DNA of 62,485 nucleotides, the filler included. It is 5 parts of 5 records of this genome, joined end to end, with 100 filler letters (N's around TTAATTAATTAA, not from the genome) between each part and the next. Parts side by side here need not be neighbours in the genome. Positions count along the whole stretch, not along the records: positions 1 to 22,635 come from SRR31156797_7080; 4 more parts are not named here. One strand, written 5' to 3'. Below the pieces are notes generated by a model. The model did no database searches. It had not been told where the DNA came from and saw only the letters and a program-made list of their open reading frames with translations. Position numbers and translations under genes: made by a program. Every line of letters starts with the position of its first letter. Position 1 is the first letter of the stretch. Below are positions 1 to 9,646 of this stretch, piece by piece.

Positions 1-36
1 GTGTTCTAACACACTAAAACTCTTAAGGAGAGTAGA

Positions 37-1068
37 ATGTCTGATAAGAAGTTCGCTATCGCCGCCGACGGCGTTGACCCGAAAAAAGTCCCTATGAGGA
101 AATTAAGAACCGGAGACATGATGCCCGGCATAGGAATGGGGACCTTCGGTTCCGACCGCTTCGGCATGCAGGAGATCGCAGATGCCGTCCTGGGAGCCAT
201 CGAGGTGGGATTCCGCCACATCGACTGCGCCTCGGTCTACGGAAACGAAGACCTGATAGGAGAGACCCTGAAGAAGGCCATTGAGGGGGGAGTCAAGAGA
301 GAAGATCTGTGGATCACATCCAAGGTCTGGAACGACAGGCACGATGACGTGATAGGCTCCTGCAAGCAGTCCCTGAAAGACCTGCAGCTGGACTACCTGG
401 ACCTCTACCTGGTTCACTGGCCCTTCCCCAACTTTCACGCCAAGGGCGTTTCCGTAGATTCCCGGGATCCCAATGCCAAGCCCTATATCCATGAGAACTT
501 CATGAAGACCTGGCGTCAGATGGAAGAACTGGTAGAGATGGGACTTGTAAAGAATATCGGAACCTGCAATGTCTCCATCCCCAAACTGAAGCTGATCCTC
601 CGGGATGCCAAGATCAAGCCCGCCGTCAATGAGATGGAGCTACACCCCCACTTCCAGCAGCCCGAGCTGTTCGACTTCGTCAGAGAGAACGACATCGTCC
701 CCATCGGCTTCTGCCCCATCGGCTCCCCCACCCGCCCGGACAGAGACAAGACCGAAAGCGATACCGTGGATATCGAGGATCCCGTCGTAAGGAAGATCGC
801 CGCCCGTCTCAACGCCCATCCCGCCGTGGTCTGCCTGAAATGGGGCGTACAGAGAGGACAGGTTCCCATACCCTTCTCGGTACACCGCAACGAGTACCTG
901 AGCAACATCAAGCTGACCACCGAGAATCCCCTGACCGACGAGGAGATGGAAGAGCTATCGAAGATAGACAAAAACTGCCGTCTTATCAAGGGACAGGTCT
1001 TTCTGTGGAAGGACGGCCAGACCTGGGAAGACCTCTGGGATCTGAACGGAGAGATAACCCCTCCATAA
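37..1068 (+). CDS. Aldo/keto reductase
   Basis: AKR motifs GMGTF, RHIDCASVYGNE, WITSKVW, LDYLDLYLVHWP, NEMELHP; GGAGAG RBS upstream. Confidence 0.93.
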   Translation: MSDKKFAIAADGVDPKKVPMRKLRTGDMMPGIGMGTFGSDRFGMQEIADAVLGAIEVGFRHIDCASVYGNEDLIGETLKKAIEGGVKREDLWITSKVWNDRHDDVIGSCKQSLKDLQLDYLDLYLVHWPFPNFHAKGVSVDSRDPNAKPYIHENFMKTWRQMEELVEMGLVKNIGTCNVSIPKLKLILRDAKIKPAVNEMELHPHFQQPELFDFVRENDIVPIGFCPIGSPTRPDRDKTESDTVDIEDPVVRKIAARLNAHPAVVCLKWGVQRGQVPIPFSVHRNEYLSNIKLTTENPLTDEEMEELSKIDKNCRLIKGQVFLWKDGQTWEDLWDLNGEITPP

Positions 1069-1159
1069 TCCAATGAAGACCTGACAGAAACTTTTCATAA
1101 ATCCTTTTTTCTGCCGCCGCTTTCCGTTGGTCAGCGGCGGCTCCTTTTGCGATCCAGTC

Positions 1160-1189
1160 TTGAGCAGCCTCCCCCTGTCGGCCTATACT
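1160..1189 (+). promoter_or_regulatory. Putative sigma70 promoter TTGAGC-N18-TATACT, 8 nt before the yihY ATG (probably leaderless)
   Basis: Consensus match by eye; no Shine-Dalgarno between the -10 and the ATG at 1198. Confidence 0.5.
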
Positions 1190-1197
1190 GAAACTGT

Positions 1198-2415
1198 ATG
1201 CTACGATCCGGAAATTCCCAGCTATTCCTCCTCATCCGATTCACGATAAAGAGATTCTTCGAGAACGGGGGCCCCCAGAGAGCCGCCGGCCTCGCTTACA
1301 GCACGCTGATGGCCGTCGTTCCCCTGATCGGTATTCTGATAGGCTTCGGAGGGCCCTCCATGAGCGACAGCCGCGTCCAGGAGTTCCTTGCCGAGACCAT
1401 GCTTCCCGCCATGCAGGCACCGATTATGGAAGCCCTCCTCGACTTTGCGGAGAACGGCAGGCGCCTGGGCTTCCTGGGACTGCCCATGTTCCTTGTCACC
1501 GCCGTCTTTCTGCTGAACACCATTGAAAACGCGATGAACCGCATCTTCCGGGTCCAATCGGTCAGGAACGTCCCCCGCCGCCTTATCGGATACATGGGAG
1601 CCATCGTCTTTGCGGGCCTCTTCGTTGGTTCCAGCATAGCCCTCTCGGGCGATATGGTCAGGGAGCTTCTGGACGCCATGGGATACCGTTGGGTCTATCC
1701 CCTGTTCCGGACCAGGATAGCCTCTATCCTCTTCATCTTTCTGGGCCAGTTCCTGCTGCTGACACTGATTCCGGGACGCCGCGTACGCCCGTCGAGCGCC
1801 TTGACCGCGGCAGCCGTGGGAGCCGTTCTCTGGGAACTGTCCAAAAGGCTGTTCGCCTACTGGGTCAACCGGTCCATCAGGCTGTCGGTCATCTACGGTT
1901 CCCTGTTCATCCTTCCTCTCCTCCTGATCTGGCTGATGCTGGTATGGGTCATCCTCCTCTCCGCGGCGGAGCTCTGCTATGTACACCAGAACAGGATGTT
2001 CTTCGAAAAATATGAAACCATCAGCCGGGTCCCCGGCGAGGATCTGATGAAGGCTCTCCACCTCTACTCTGCGATCCTGCAGACCCACCGAAAGGGAGCC
2101 TCCCCCCTTAGCATCTCGTCCCTTGCGGAGAAGACCCGGCTCAGCGAGAGGATGGTAGAGAAGCTCCTGACCCCTCTTCTGGAAGAGGGCTTTCTGCTCC
2201 GCGCCACAGGGCCGGGGAAAAAGGAATCTATCGTTCCCGGTGGCTCTCCCCGCAAGATCGGTATGGACAGGATCCTGGCGGCCCTGACCGATAGCAGCAA
2301 TCCCGATTTCCCCTACGACGAGGATCCCCTGATCCGTTCCCTGATACGGGAGACAGGCAATGCCCTGAGAACGCTCTCCGCCGATCAAGCGCTTGCGGGT
2401 ACTGATGAATCCTAG
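1198..2415 (+). CDS. yihY: YihY/BrkB family inner membrane protein with a C-terminal winged-helix-like domain
   Basis: AAGLAYSTLMAVVP, IENAMNRIF and IYGSL...LLIWL motifs; several hydrophobic segments; HTH-like C-terminal tail. Confidence 0.85.
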   Translation: MLRSGNSQLFLLIRFTIKRFFENGGPQRAAGLAYSTLMAVVPLIGILIGFGGPSMSDSRVQEFLAETMLPAMQAPIMEALLDFAENGRRLGFLGLPMFLVTAVFLLNTIENAMNRIFRVQSVRNVPRRLIGYMGAIVFAGLFVGSSIALSGDMVRELLDAMGYRWVYPLFRTRIASILFIFLGQFLLLTLIPGRRVRPSSALTAAAVGAVLWELSKRLFAYWVNRSIRLSVIYGSLFILPLLLIWLMLVWVILLSAAELCYVHQNRMFFEKYETISRVPGEDLMKALHLYSAILQTHRKGASPLSISSLAEKTRLSERMVEKLLTPLLEEGFLLRATGPGKKESIVPGGSPRKIGMDRILAALTDSSNPDFPYDEDPLIRSLIRETGNALRTLSADQALAGTDES

Positions 2416-3979
2416 GCTCAGTCGGGAACACAGAAAACAGATCGGAGCCTTTTTCACCCCCCTCCCCCTGGCCTGTTCCATGATCCGGGCCTACGGCATA
2501 CACAAGCTATGGGCGGAGGGGAAGTCGGTTTTCGATCCCTCAGCAGGCAACGGCGCCCTCCTGGAGGCCCTGATCCTCTGCTGCCGGGAGGACGGCATCC
2601 CCATAGAGGACTCTATGGCCCAAAGGCTGAAGGGCTGCGAGCGGGAGAGGAGCTTCACACAGGGCTTCGGAGAGAGGATCAGGGAGAGATACGGCATAAG
2701 CCTTCCCGACGACGCCCTGGTCTGTCAGGATTTTCTCGACCGTCCGGCCGATGGCTTCGACCTTATCCTGGGCAATCCCCCCTGGCTGAATTTCACCGAT
2801 CTGCCCGAAGAGGAGAAGGAGGGCTTCAAACCGGAGTTCATACGCTACGGCCTGACGGGAGGGGGCAAGGAGATACTCCTGGGAAACGCGAGGATAGACC
2901 TGGCAGCCCTCTTTATCCAGAAAGCCCTGCAGAACCACCTGAAGGAAGGCGGTCGGGGGTTCTTTTTCATCCCCCTCTCCCTGCTCTTCAACGAGGGTGC
3001 CCATAACCGCTTCCGCCGGGGCAGGCTGGAGGGAGGACGCTTCCGCTTCAACGAGATCCGGGATTTCGGATCGGTTCAGGTCTTTCCCGAGGTCAGCACG
3101 CGCTGCGGCTTTACGGTCATCAGTAAGTCCGGCCCGTCGCCGTCCGCCGCCGGAAAGCTCCTCGGCGAGGGCTCCCGCGTCGCCGGGGAGGCAGACGAAA
3201 TACCCTATTTCCTTCTGGGGGAAAACGGCAAGTGGAGCAGAAAGACCGCCGCCCCCGTATCCGCTTCAGGCTCGGCCTTTGCGGTGAGGGACGGAGGATC
3301 GCCCCCTCCCCTGATAAGACTCCCCTCCTCGGCCCGTCCCCGCCAGGGAATCAACACCGGCGGCAGAAACAGCCTGTTTATCTTCGACAGCATGGAAAGG
3401 AGCGGGGATGGGCTTGCGAAGCTGAAAAACCGGGAGAGGGAGATTGTCCTGCCCCCGTCCCTGGTCTTTCCCCTGATCAGCGGCGCCCAGTTCAAAGGGA
3501 GCGAGGAGGCGCGGCGCTTTATCTTTCTCCCCTATTCGAAGAGCGGAAAGCTGCTGAGCCGGGAAGAGCTTGAATCCTTTCCCGAGGCCTGGTCCTATCT
3601 GCGATCCTGCCGAGAAACGCTGACGCGCAGGAAGGGGAGCATGCTGCAGAGCACCATGAAAAAGGGCTGGTGGGCCCTTCTGGGAGTAGGTCCCTACACG
3701 TTCTCGCCCTATAAGGTCGTATGGGAAGCCTATGGCAAGAAGGAGTTCTCCCCCCGGCTCTTCGGACTTCTCGATGGGAAACCCTGGATTCCGAATCAGG
3801 CGCTTCAGGCTTCCTGCTCCTTCAACGATAAGGAAACAGCGCAGGACGTACTGGAAAAGCTCTGTCATCCCGATATAAACAGACATCTCAAGCTTCAGAA
3901 TATGGAGGGGACCTGCAACTGGGCCCAGCCGGGGAGGATACGCCGTTTTATGGACTTTTACGAGGATAGGGATCAGTAG
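2405..3979 (+). CDS. Amino (N6-adenine/N4-cytosine) DNA methyltransferase, gamma motif order, no adjacent restriction enzyme
   Basis: GAFFTP, motif I VFDPSAGNG, motif IV ILGNPPW, C-terminal TRD-like region. ATG at 2405 chosen over TTG at 2393. Confidence 0.85.
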   Translation: MNPRLSREHRKQIGAFFTPLPLACSMIRAYGIHKLWAEGKSVFDPSAGNGALLEALILCCREDGIPIEDSMAQRLKGCERERSFTQGFGERIRERYGISLPDDALVCQDFLDRPADGFDLILGNPPWLNFTDLPEEEKEGFKPEFIRYGLTGGGKEILLGNARIDLAALFIQKALQNHLKEGGRGFFFIPLSLLFNEGAHNRFRRGRLEGGRFRFNEIRDFGSVQVFPEVSTRCGFTVISKSGPSPSAAGKLLGEGSRVAGEADEIPYFLLGENGKWSRKTAAPVSASGSAFAVRDGGSPPPLIRLPSSARPRQGINTGGRNSLFIFDSMERSGDGLAKLKNREREIVLPPSLVFPLISGAQFKGSEEARRFIFLPYSKSGKLLSREELESFPEAWSYLRSCRETLTRRKGSMLQSTMKKGWWALLGVGPYTFSPYKVVWEAYGKKEFSPRLFGLLDGKPWIPNQALQASCSFNDKETAQDVLEKLCHPDINRHLKLQNMEGTCNWAQPGRIRRFMDFYEDRDQ

Positions 3980-5013
3980 AGATAACGGAGCTTCAATCCC
4001 GCCTCAAAGGAGTCGGACCCTTCCAGACTGGAGCTGGTATTCAGGGCTTCGGTAAAAAAAGACAAGGTCCAGTGTTCGTCGAAACGGTAGCCCAAACCGA
4101 AATTGTATTCTGTCAGTTCCGTATAATCTGATTCGGGGATGAAATAGAAATCGAATCCCAGGCTGAAAATGATTCTCTTGAAGAGGGTGCTCTCTTTGAA
4201 CATATAGCGGAACAGGGCGTCTTCCAGATGAAAACCGGCTATAAAAACATTGGTTGAATCCAGGCTTTTGTCGCCGTCATCGTCACCCTGCCTCACCAGA
4301 ATAAGGCCGAATCCCGCACGGGCGCCCAGGATAAGCCTGTTTTCCATGGTCTCAGAAAAATAGGCCTGCAGGTTCAGTGTGAAATCGATCTGATGTTCGA
4401 GCCCGTCCACATCGTCTTCGTTATAAACCACGCCTTTGTACCGGGTGCTGAAACCGATGTTCCTCCGTCCCTGGTTGAAAAAATAGCTGAACTCCGTATT
4501 GATCTTGCCGAAGGGATGGGTGGGCGTTGAACCGTCGGCGACGAAATTGTCGTTCGCATCGAAGCGGATGGGCTTGGTGTTTCCCATGGAGGCCCCCAGG
4601 GTCGCGTAGAAGGCGGGCCTCGTCCTCTCGGGATGGGCGCTTTGCGCCTCGGTGAGGAGATCTGAAGCGAAGTCGGGGGAGATCACCACATCCTCGTCCT
4701 CCCTGTTGAACTCGGAGAAGTCGGGCTCCTCTGTGCTCTCCTCCAGGGTCCGTCCCTCCTCCAGAATGATGATGTCCAGAAGAGACTCCCTCAGATCGCT
4801 CAGATCCCGGTCTTCGGGATCCAGCGCGAGAGCGGCATCCAGATGGGACAGGGCGTCCCTGTACTGCCCTGCAGAAATATCGTCCAGGGCCTGTGTCCGC
4901 AGGCTCTCCTTGAGATACTCCTGTTCAAGGAAGTCCGGCTCGTTCAGCTGCTGTGCGGACAGGGCCGGGCCACCCAGAGCGATCAGAACCAGAAACGCAA
5001 CGACCCTCCTCAC
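3973..5013 (-). CDS. Exported protein: signal peptide, TPR-like helices, probable C-terminal outer-membrane beta-barrel
   Basis: Signal peptide ending ALSA; helical repeat ALSHLDAALALDPED; alternating-hydrophobic strands ending LKLRYLY. Confidence 0.6.
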   Translation of the reverse strand: MRRVVAFLVLIALGGPALSAQQLNEPDFLEQEYLKESLRTQALDDISAGQYRDALSHLDAALALDPEDRDLSDLRESLLDIIILEEGRTLEESTEEPDFSEFNREDEDVVISPDFASDLLTEAQSAHPERTRPAFYATLGASMGNTKPIRFDANDNFVADGSTPTHPFGKINTEFSYFFNQGRRNIGFSTRYKGVVYNEDDVDGLEHQIDFTLNLQAYFSETMENRLILGARAGFGLILVRQGDDDGDKSLDSTNVFIAGFHLEDALFRYMFKESTLFKRIIFSLGFDFYFIPESDYTELTEYNFGLGYRFDEHWTLSFFTEALNTSSSLEGSDSFEAGLKLRYLY

Positions 5014-5774
5014 GACGACCCTCCCCCGTTGCCGGATCGGCTCAGTCCGTCCCAGAGAGTGGACGAGGGGAAGTCTGGATAGAGGAGCCCCCAGTTCCCC
5101 CTGGCCGTCGGTGTCTTGAGGGCCTCCTCAAGCTCCATCAGGAATCGGTCCCGGGGCACATCGGCGGCCCCGAGGGTTCCGAGATGGTCCGTATGCTGCT
5201 GACAGTCGATAAAGGCGAAGCCCCTGTCCGCAAGGTAGGAACTCAAGGCGACCAGGGCCGTCTTGGAAGCGTTGCTGCTGCGGGCGAACATGGATTCGCC
5301 GAAGAAAGCGTTCCCCAGGGAGAGTCCGTAGAGTCCGCCCACGAGCTCATGTCCCTGCCGGACCTCCACAGAGTGAGCGAAGCCGAGATCATGCAGCTCC
5401 GAATAGGCTTCTATCATCTCAGCGGAAATCCATGTTCCGTCCTGCCCCTTGCGGGGAACCCTGCCGCAGCCCTCCATGACGCCGGTGAAATCACGGTCCA
5501 GGGTCAGAGCGAAACCGCCCTTTTTTATATGACGCCTCATGGAACGACTGACCTTCAGGGCGTCTGGATAGAGGATGAAACGGGGGTCCAGACTCCACCA
5601 GAGGATCTCTTCGCCCTCGTTAAACCAGGGAAAGATCCCCTGGGCATAGGCCGAGATCAGGAGGCCGGGCGAGAGATTTCCTCCCACCGCCACCACATCG
5701 TCCTCCCATTTCTCGGGAGAGGGGAAGGGGAAATACTGATCGTACTCCAGCCGGGGGAAGTCCTCATCCCTCAC
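5010..5774 (-). CDS. aat: Leucyl/phenylalanyl-tRNA--protein transferase
   Basis: AYAQGIFPWF, WWSLDPR, GTWI, AHSVEV, LVGGLYG, FFGESMF, IDCQQ motifs; follows clpA. Confidence 0.96.
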   Translation of the reverse strand: MRDEDFPRLEYDQYFPFPSPEKWEDDVVAVGGNLSPGLLISAYAQGIFPWFNEGEEILWWSLDPRFILYPDALKVSRSMRRHIKKGGFALTLDRDFTGVMEGCGRVPRKGQDGTWISAEMIEAYSELHDLGFAHSVEVRQGHELVGGLYGLSLGNAFFGESMFARSSNASKTALVALSSYLADRGFAFIDCQQHTDHLGTLGAADVPRDRFLMELEEALKTPTARGNWGLLYPDFPSSTLWDGLSRSGNGGGSS

Positions 5775-8101
5775 GGGCCGGCGACCTCGACATGAACCTC
5801 TCCGTCCCTCAGCTCAGCCCTGGCTTTCCCGCCCCCCGTGAGGGAGCCGAAAAGGACCTCATCCACAAAGAAGGTCTTGATTTTCTCATCCACGAGCCGG
5901 GCGATATTCCGGGCGCCGTACTCCCTGGAGTAGCCCTCGCGGGCCAGATAGCGAACGCAGTCGTCGCTGACCTCAAGGCTGACGTTCCGGGCTTCAAGCT
6001 GGGCGCGAAAGGCGTCCAGCTCTTTGTTCACGATGGATACGACCACCTCGTCGGGAAGATTGTGAAAGGTGATGATCCGGTCCAGGCGGTTCCTGAACTC
6101 GGGGGTGAAGATCCGGTTGACCTCGTCCCCCACGGCCTCGGCGCTGATCATGCGGTCCCCGAAACCTATCCGGCTCTTCCCTATGTCCCTGGCCCCCGCG
6201 TTGGAGGTCATGATGATAACCGCATGACGGAAGTCCGCCTTGCGTCCCATGTTGTCGGTCACGGTGGCATAGTCCATCATCTGGAGCAGGATATTATAGA
6301 CGTCCCCGTGGGCCTTCTCGATCTCATCCAGCAGCAGCACCGCATGGGGATTCTTGCGTATGGTATCGGTCAGAAGGCCGCCCTCCTCATAGCCCACATA
6401 GCCCGGAGGGGAGCCGATCAGACGGGAGACTGTATGCTTCTCCTGATATTCGCTCATATCGATCCGGTGAAGGGAGACCCCCAGCTCGTCGGCCAGGAGC
6501 CTGGCCAGCTCGGTCTTTCCCACGCCCGTGGGGCCGACGAAGAGGAAGGAGGCCACGGGCTTGTGATCCTGACGGAATCCGGCCCGGGAGCGGCGGATGG
6601 CCATGGTAACCGCCTCCACGGCCTCGTCCTGTCCGAAGAGGTTCTTCTTCAGGGCCTTGTCCAGATCCCGCAGCTTGTCCGTCTCGCTGGCGGAAACGCT
6701 TTTCTCGGGAATCCTGGCGATGGAGGCCACCACCTTTTCGATATCCTTGTCCGTCACCTCGGGGATATCCGTATCCGATCCGCCCTCCTTCTCATGCCTC
6801 AGGGCCTTCCAGGCGCCGGCCTCGTCTATCAGGTCTATGGCCTTGTCAGGAAGATGCTTCTCATTGATGTACTGATCGGACAGGCGGACCGCCGCGTCCA
6901 GGGATTCATGGGAGAACACAACGCCGTGATGGGTCTCGTACACCTCCTGCAGCCCCTTGAGGATCTCCATGGTCTCGTCCACCGAGGTCTCCGGGACATC
7001 CACCTTCTGGAAACGCCGGGCCAGGGCATGGTCCTTTTCGAAGTACTTCTTGAACTCCTCGTAGGTGGTGCTGCCGATGCAGTGAAGGCTTCCCTTGGCC
7101 AGGGCGGGCTTGAGCAGATTCCCCGCGTCCATGCTTCCTCCGGATACGGCCCCGGCCCCGATGATGGTATGGATCTCATCGATAAAGAGGATAGACCTCT
7201 CCCTCTCCTCCAGGTCCTTCAGCACCCGCTTCATCCTCTCTTCGAAGTCACCGCGGAAACGGGTTCCCGCCAGCATGCTCCCCATGTCCAGGGAGTAGAC
7301 CTTGAAGTCCTTCAGAAAGGAGGGGACGTCCCCCTTGACGATGCGGTAGGCCAGCCCCTCGGTCAGGGCCGTCTTGCCCACACCGGGCTCCCCCACGTGA
7401 ACGGGATTGTTCTTCAGGCGGCGCGAGAGGATCTGAATCGTCCTCTCCAGGATGTCCTCCCGTCCGATAAGGGGCTCCAGCTTCCCCTCTTCCGCCAGGC
7501 GGGTCAGATCGGTGGTGTACTGGGCCAGGGCGGATTTACCCTTCCTCCGCCGCCTGCCAGCGCCTTCGGCACCGGCGTCCTCCTCCGTCTCTTCCGCCTC
7601 AGTATATCCGTCGCCGGAGGCGTCAGATGCGCCGTAGCCGCTCTCGTCAAAGTCCTCATCATCAGAGAACAGAGGCCCCTCTTCGGCGCTGTGGGAGATG
7701 ATCTGCAGCAGTTCCAGGCGGTGAACACCGGCCTTGCGCATATAGAAGGAAGCGAAGCTCCCCGGTTCATCCAGGATGGAGACCAGTATATCTCCGATGC
7801 GGATGACCTCCTTGCCGGCGGCGCTCATCTGAAGCATGGTGCGTTCGATGATATTCTGCAGTCCCTCGGTCTGCACCGGCTCGGCGGCCCCGACGGACTC
7901 AATATACTTTCTGAAGTACTCCTCCAGCTGCTCCACGATCAGATCCAGATCGGCGCCGCACTCCTCCAGGATCTGCCGGGAGGAATCGAAGGCCACCGCC
8001 GTAAAGAGCAGATGCTCGGGGGTGAAGTACTCATGCTTTCTCGTGCGGGCCTCCTGATAGGCCGCGTTGACGATCAACTGAAGTTCCTGACTTATTTCCA
8101 T
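5771..8101 (-). CDS. clpA: ATP-dependent Clp protease ATP-binding subunit ClpA
   Basis: Two AAA+ modules (GEPGVGKT, GPTGVGKT), N-domain HEYFTPEHLL, no ClpB coiled coil; lies between clpS and aat. Start set at MEISQE. Confidence 0.95.
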   Translation of the reverse strand: MEISQELQLIVNAAYQEARTRKHEYFTPEHLLFTAVAFDSSRQILEECGADLDLIVEQLEEYFRKYIESVGAAEPVQTEGLQNIIERTMLQMSAAGKEVIRIGDILVSILDEPGSFASFYMRKAGVHRLELLQIISHSAEEGPLFSDDEDFDESGYGASDASGDGYTEAEETEEDAGAEGAGRRRRKGKSALAQYTTDLTRLAEEGKLEPLIGREDILERTIQILSRRLKNNPVHVGEPGVGKTALTEGLAYRIVKGDVPSFLKDFKVYSLDMGSMLAGTRFRGDFEERMKRVLKDLEERERSILFIDEIHTIIGAGAVSGGSMDAGNLLKPALAKGSLHCIGSTTYEEFKKYFEKDHALARRFQKVDVPETSVDETMEILKGLQEVYETHHGVVFSHESLDAAVRLSDQYINEKHLPDKAIDLIDEAGAWKALRHEKEGGSDTDIPEVTDKDIEKVVASIARIPEKSVSASETDKLRDLDKALKKNLFGQDEAVEAVTMAIRRSRAGFRQDHKPVASFLFVGPTGVGKTELARLLADELGVSLHRIDMSEYQEKHTVSRLIGSPPGYVGYEEGGLLTDTIRKNPHAVLLLDEIEKAHGDVYNILLQMMDYATVTDNMGRKADFRHAVIIMTSNAGARDIGKSRIGFGDRMISAEAVGDEVNRIFTPEFRNRLDRIITFHNLPDEVVVSIVNKELDAFRAQLEARNVSLEVSDDCVRYLAREGYSREYGARNIARLVDEKIKTFFVDEVLFGSLTGGGKARAELRDGEVHVEVAGP

Positions 8102-8106
8102 ATCTT

Positions 8107-8412
8107 TCAGGCCTTTTCCATGACGCACTTGAGGGGGAACTCGCGCCTGGCGGCAAGATCCTTAACCTGCTTGACCTTGGTAGAGGCGATGTCCAGGGGA
8201 TAGAGCCCCACGACTCCCCTGCCCTTCTTGTGGACATCCAGCATAATGCGCGTGGCGTCGACGGGCTGTTTGCGGAAGATGGTTACCAGAACCTCCACCA
8301 CAAAATCCTGTGTCGTATAGTCATCATTAAGGAGGAGGACCCTGTAGAGATCGGGCTCCTTGAGCCCGTCTTCGACCTGCTCCAGTATTTCACTGTCAAA
8401 ATGTTCAGCCAT
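8107..8412 (-). CDS. clpS: Clp protease adaptor ClpS
   Basis: YRVLLLNDDYT, MLDVHKKG, EFPLKCVME motifs. Confidence 0.96.
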   Translation of the reverse strand: MAEHFDSEILEQVEDGLKEPDLYRVLLLNDDYTTQDFVVEVLVTIFRKQPVDATRIMLDVHKKGRGVVGLYPLDIASTKVKQVKDLAARREFPLKCVMEKA

Positions 8413-8418
8413 AGTCTT

Positions 8419-8447
8419 AATGTACTGATTTTTCGTCTCATCATCAA
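8419..8447 (-). promoter_or_regulatory. Putative sigma70 promoter TTGATG-N17-TACATT, 6 nt before the clpS ATG (leaderless)
   Basis: Read on the minus strand; canonical spacing; no Shine-Dalgarno. Confidence 0.55.
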
Positions 8448-8510
8448 TCTTTTTAGGGCCATGAAGTCCGATTCGGTCCGGGCCCCCAGGCCTGATACTG
8501 AGACACTGCA

Positions 8511-8539
8511 TTTACTTTTAGACGGCATGGGACTATACT
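8511..8539 (+). promoter_or_regulatory. Putative sigma70 promoter TTTACT-N17-TATACT for 8572..9258
   Basis: Consensus match with 17-nt spacer; GGGAG RBS downstream. Confidence 0.5.
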
Positions 8540-8571
8540 GAAATCGTAACATCCTCAATTCAGGGAGACCG

Positions 8572-9258
8572 ATGATGAAGTATTTTATGAAACATATGCC
8601 CATTCTGCTCGGAATGCTGCTTCTGACAACTCTGACACTAGGCGCAGACAGCTTTTACGATGAATACTCCGAAAGCGAACGCCTGGTCATCGCGGGGGCC
8701 TATCTTGCCGTGGGGGATCGGTATGACTCCCTGGGAGAGGAAGAAAAAGGAAAGGCCTTCCGGAATCTGGCTGAACAGATCTTTCCCGGAATAGCTTCGA
8801 CGGATGTCCCGGCACAGGGCAAAGAACCCGAGGCCGCGGCGCTCCAGACCTCGGCGCCCGTCCGGCCCAGCGGAAAGGAACCCGCAGCGGTTCAATACTA
8901 CTTCAGCAAACTGATGCGCGCCATCTTTTCCGAAGACGCGGAGGACCTGGCCTCCGTCCTCACCACCCGGTTCTACCTTCCCGGATACGATGAGGGGGTT
9001 GAGAAAAAGGAGGTTCTGGAGTTCGTAAGCGCCGCCTTCGAGCGCTATCCTCTGGACAGTATGGACCCCAGCGAGATCTATGATCTGGAAAGGCTGTACA
9101 TCAGACCCGAGGGCAGCGCCTGGACCGCGGGCATCAAACCCACCGAAAAAGGCCGGGAGATCTTCTACAGCGAATTCGGGTTTCGCGGGGAGATGCACAA
9201 GTTCTACTTCAGAGAGTACAGGGAGGGCTGGAGGCTGATCGCCCTCAGCGCCGAGTAG
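8572..9258 (+). CDS. Exported hypothetical protein
   Basis: 228-aa ORF, RBS, N-terminal signal peptide; no family recognised. Confidence 0.7.
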   Translation: MMKYFMKHMPILLGMLLLTTLTLGADSFYDEYSESERLVIAGAYLAVGDRYDSLGEEEKGKAFRNLAEQIFPGIASTDVPAQGKEPEAAALQTSAPVRPSGKEPAAVQYYFSKLMRAIFSEDAEDLASVLTTRFYLPGYDEGVEKKEVLEFVSAAFERYPLDSMDPSEIYDLERLYIRPEGSAWTAGIKPTEKGREIFYSEFGFRGEMHKFYFREYREGWRLIALSAE

Positions 9259-9574
9259 AGCGGCGGGACGACAGGGTCTTAAGGGGGTGCCTGAAGGCGC
9301 CCCTTATTTTTTGCACATAGGCGCAGTCCGGGGGCAGTACCGGCGAAAACAGGGCCGTGAACAACCCCACCTTGCAACACTCCCTGCAGGCATTGAATCG
9401 ATTGACATAGACACGACAGAGCTTCTTTTCCTCATCCAGGAAACGGCAGGGCTTATCGTAATCAATCACCAGGGTGCCGTTATGGAGGAAATGCTTCTCA
9501 TAGCAGCATTTCCCGCAGCGATTGCAGATCCCTTCCCAGCGGCTGTTCCATCGTTTTATATATCTTTTTATCAT
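9245..9574 (-). CDS. YcgN/YkgJ-type cysteine-cluster protein
   Basis: WEGICNRCGKCC, PCRFLD...CRVY..RF, LPPDCAY. Confidence 0.8.
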   Translation of the reverse strand: MIKRYIKRWNSRWEGICNRCGKCCYEKHFLHNGTLVIDYDKPCRFLDEEKKLCRVYVNRFNACRECCKVGLFTALFSPVLPPDCAYVQKIRGAFRHPLKTLSSRRSTRR

Positions 9575-9646
9575 ATGGGTCTTCGGTTTCCTGTTTTTTA
9601 AGGCGATGCCCTCTGATCGGGCGTCCCCCTCAATCTATCCTGTGAA

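Noticed and set aside
1222-2481. 419-aa minus-strand ORF and similar long antisense ORFs (for example 13374-14279, 15113-15979, 21249-22268, 47766-48737, 57639-58835)
   Set aside because: Each lies opposite a well-supported gene and lacks family motifs.
5792-8203. 803-aa plus-strand ORF
   Set aside because: Antisense shadow of clpA in GC-rich DNA; no recognisable motifs.
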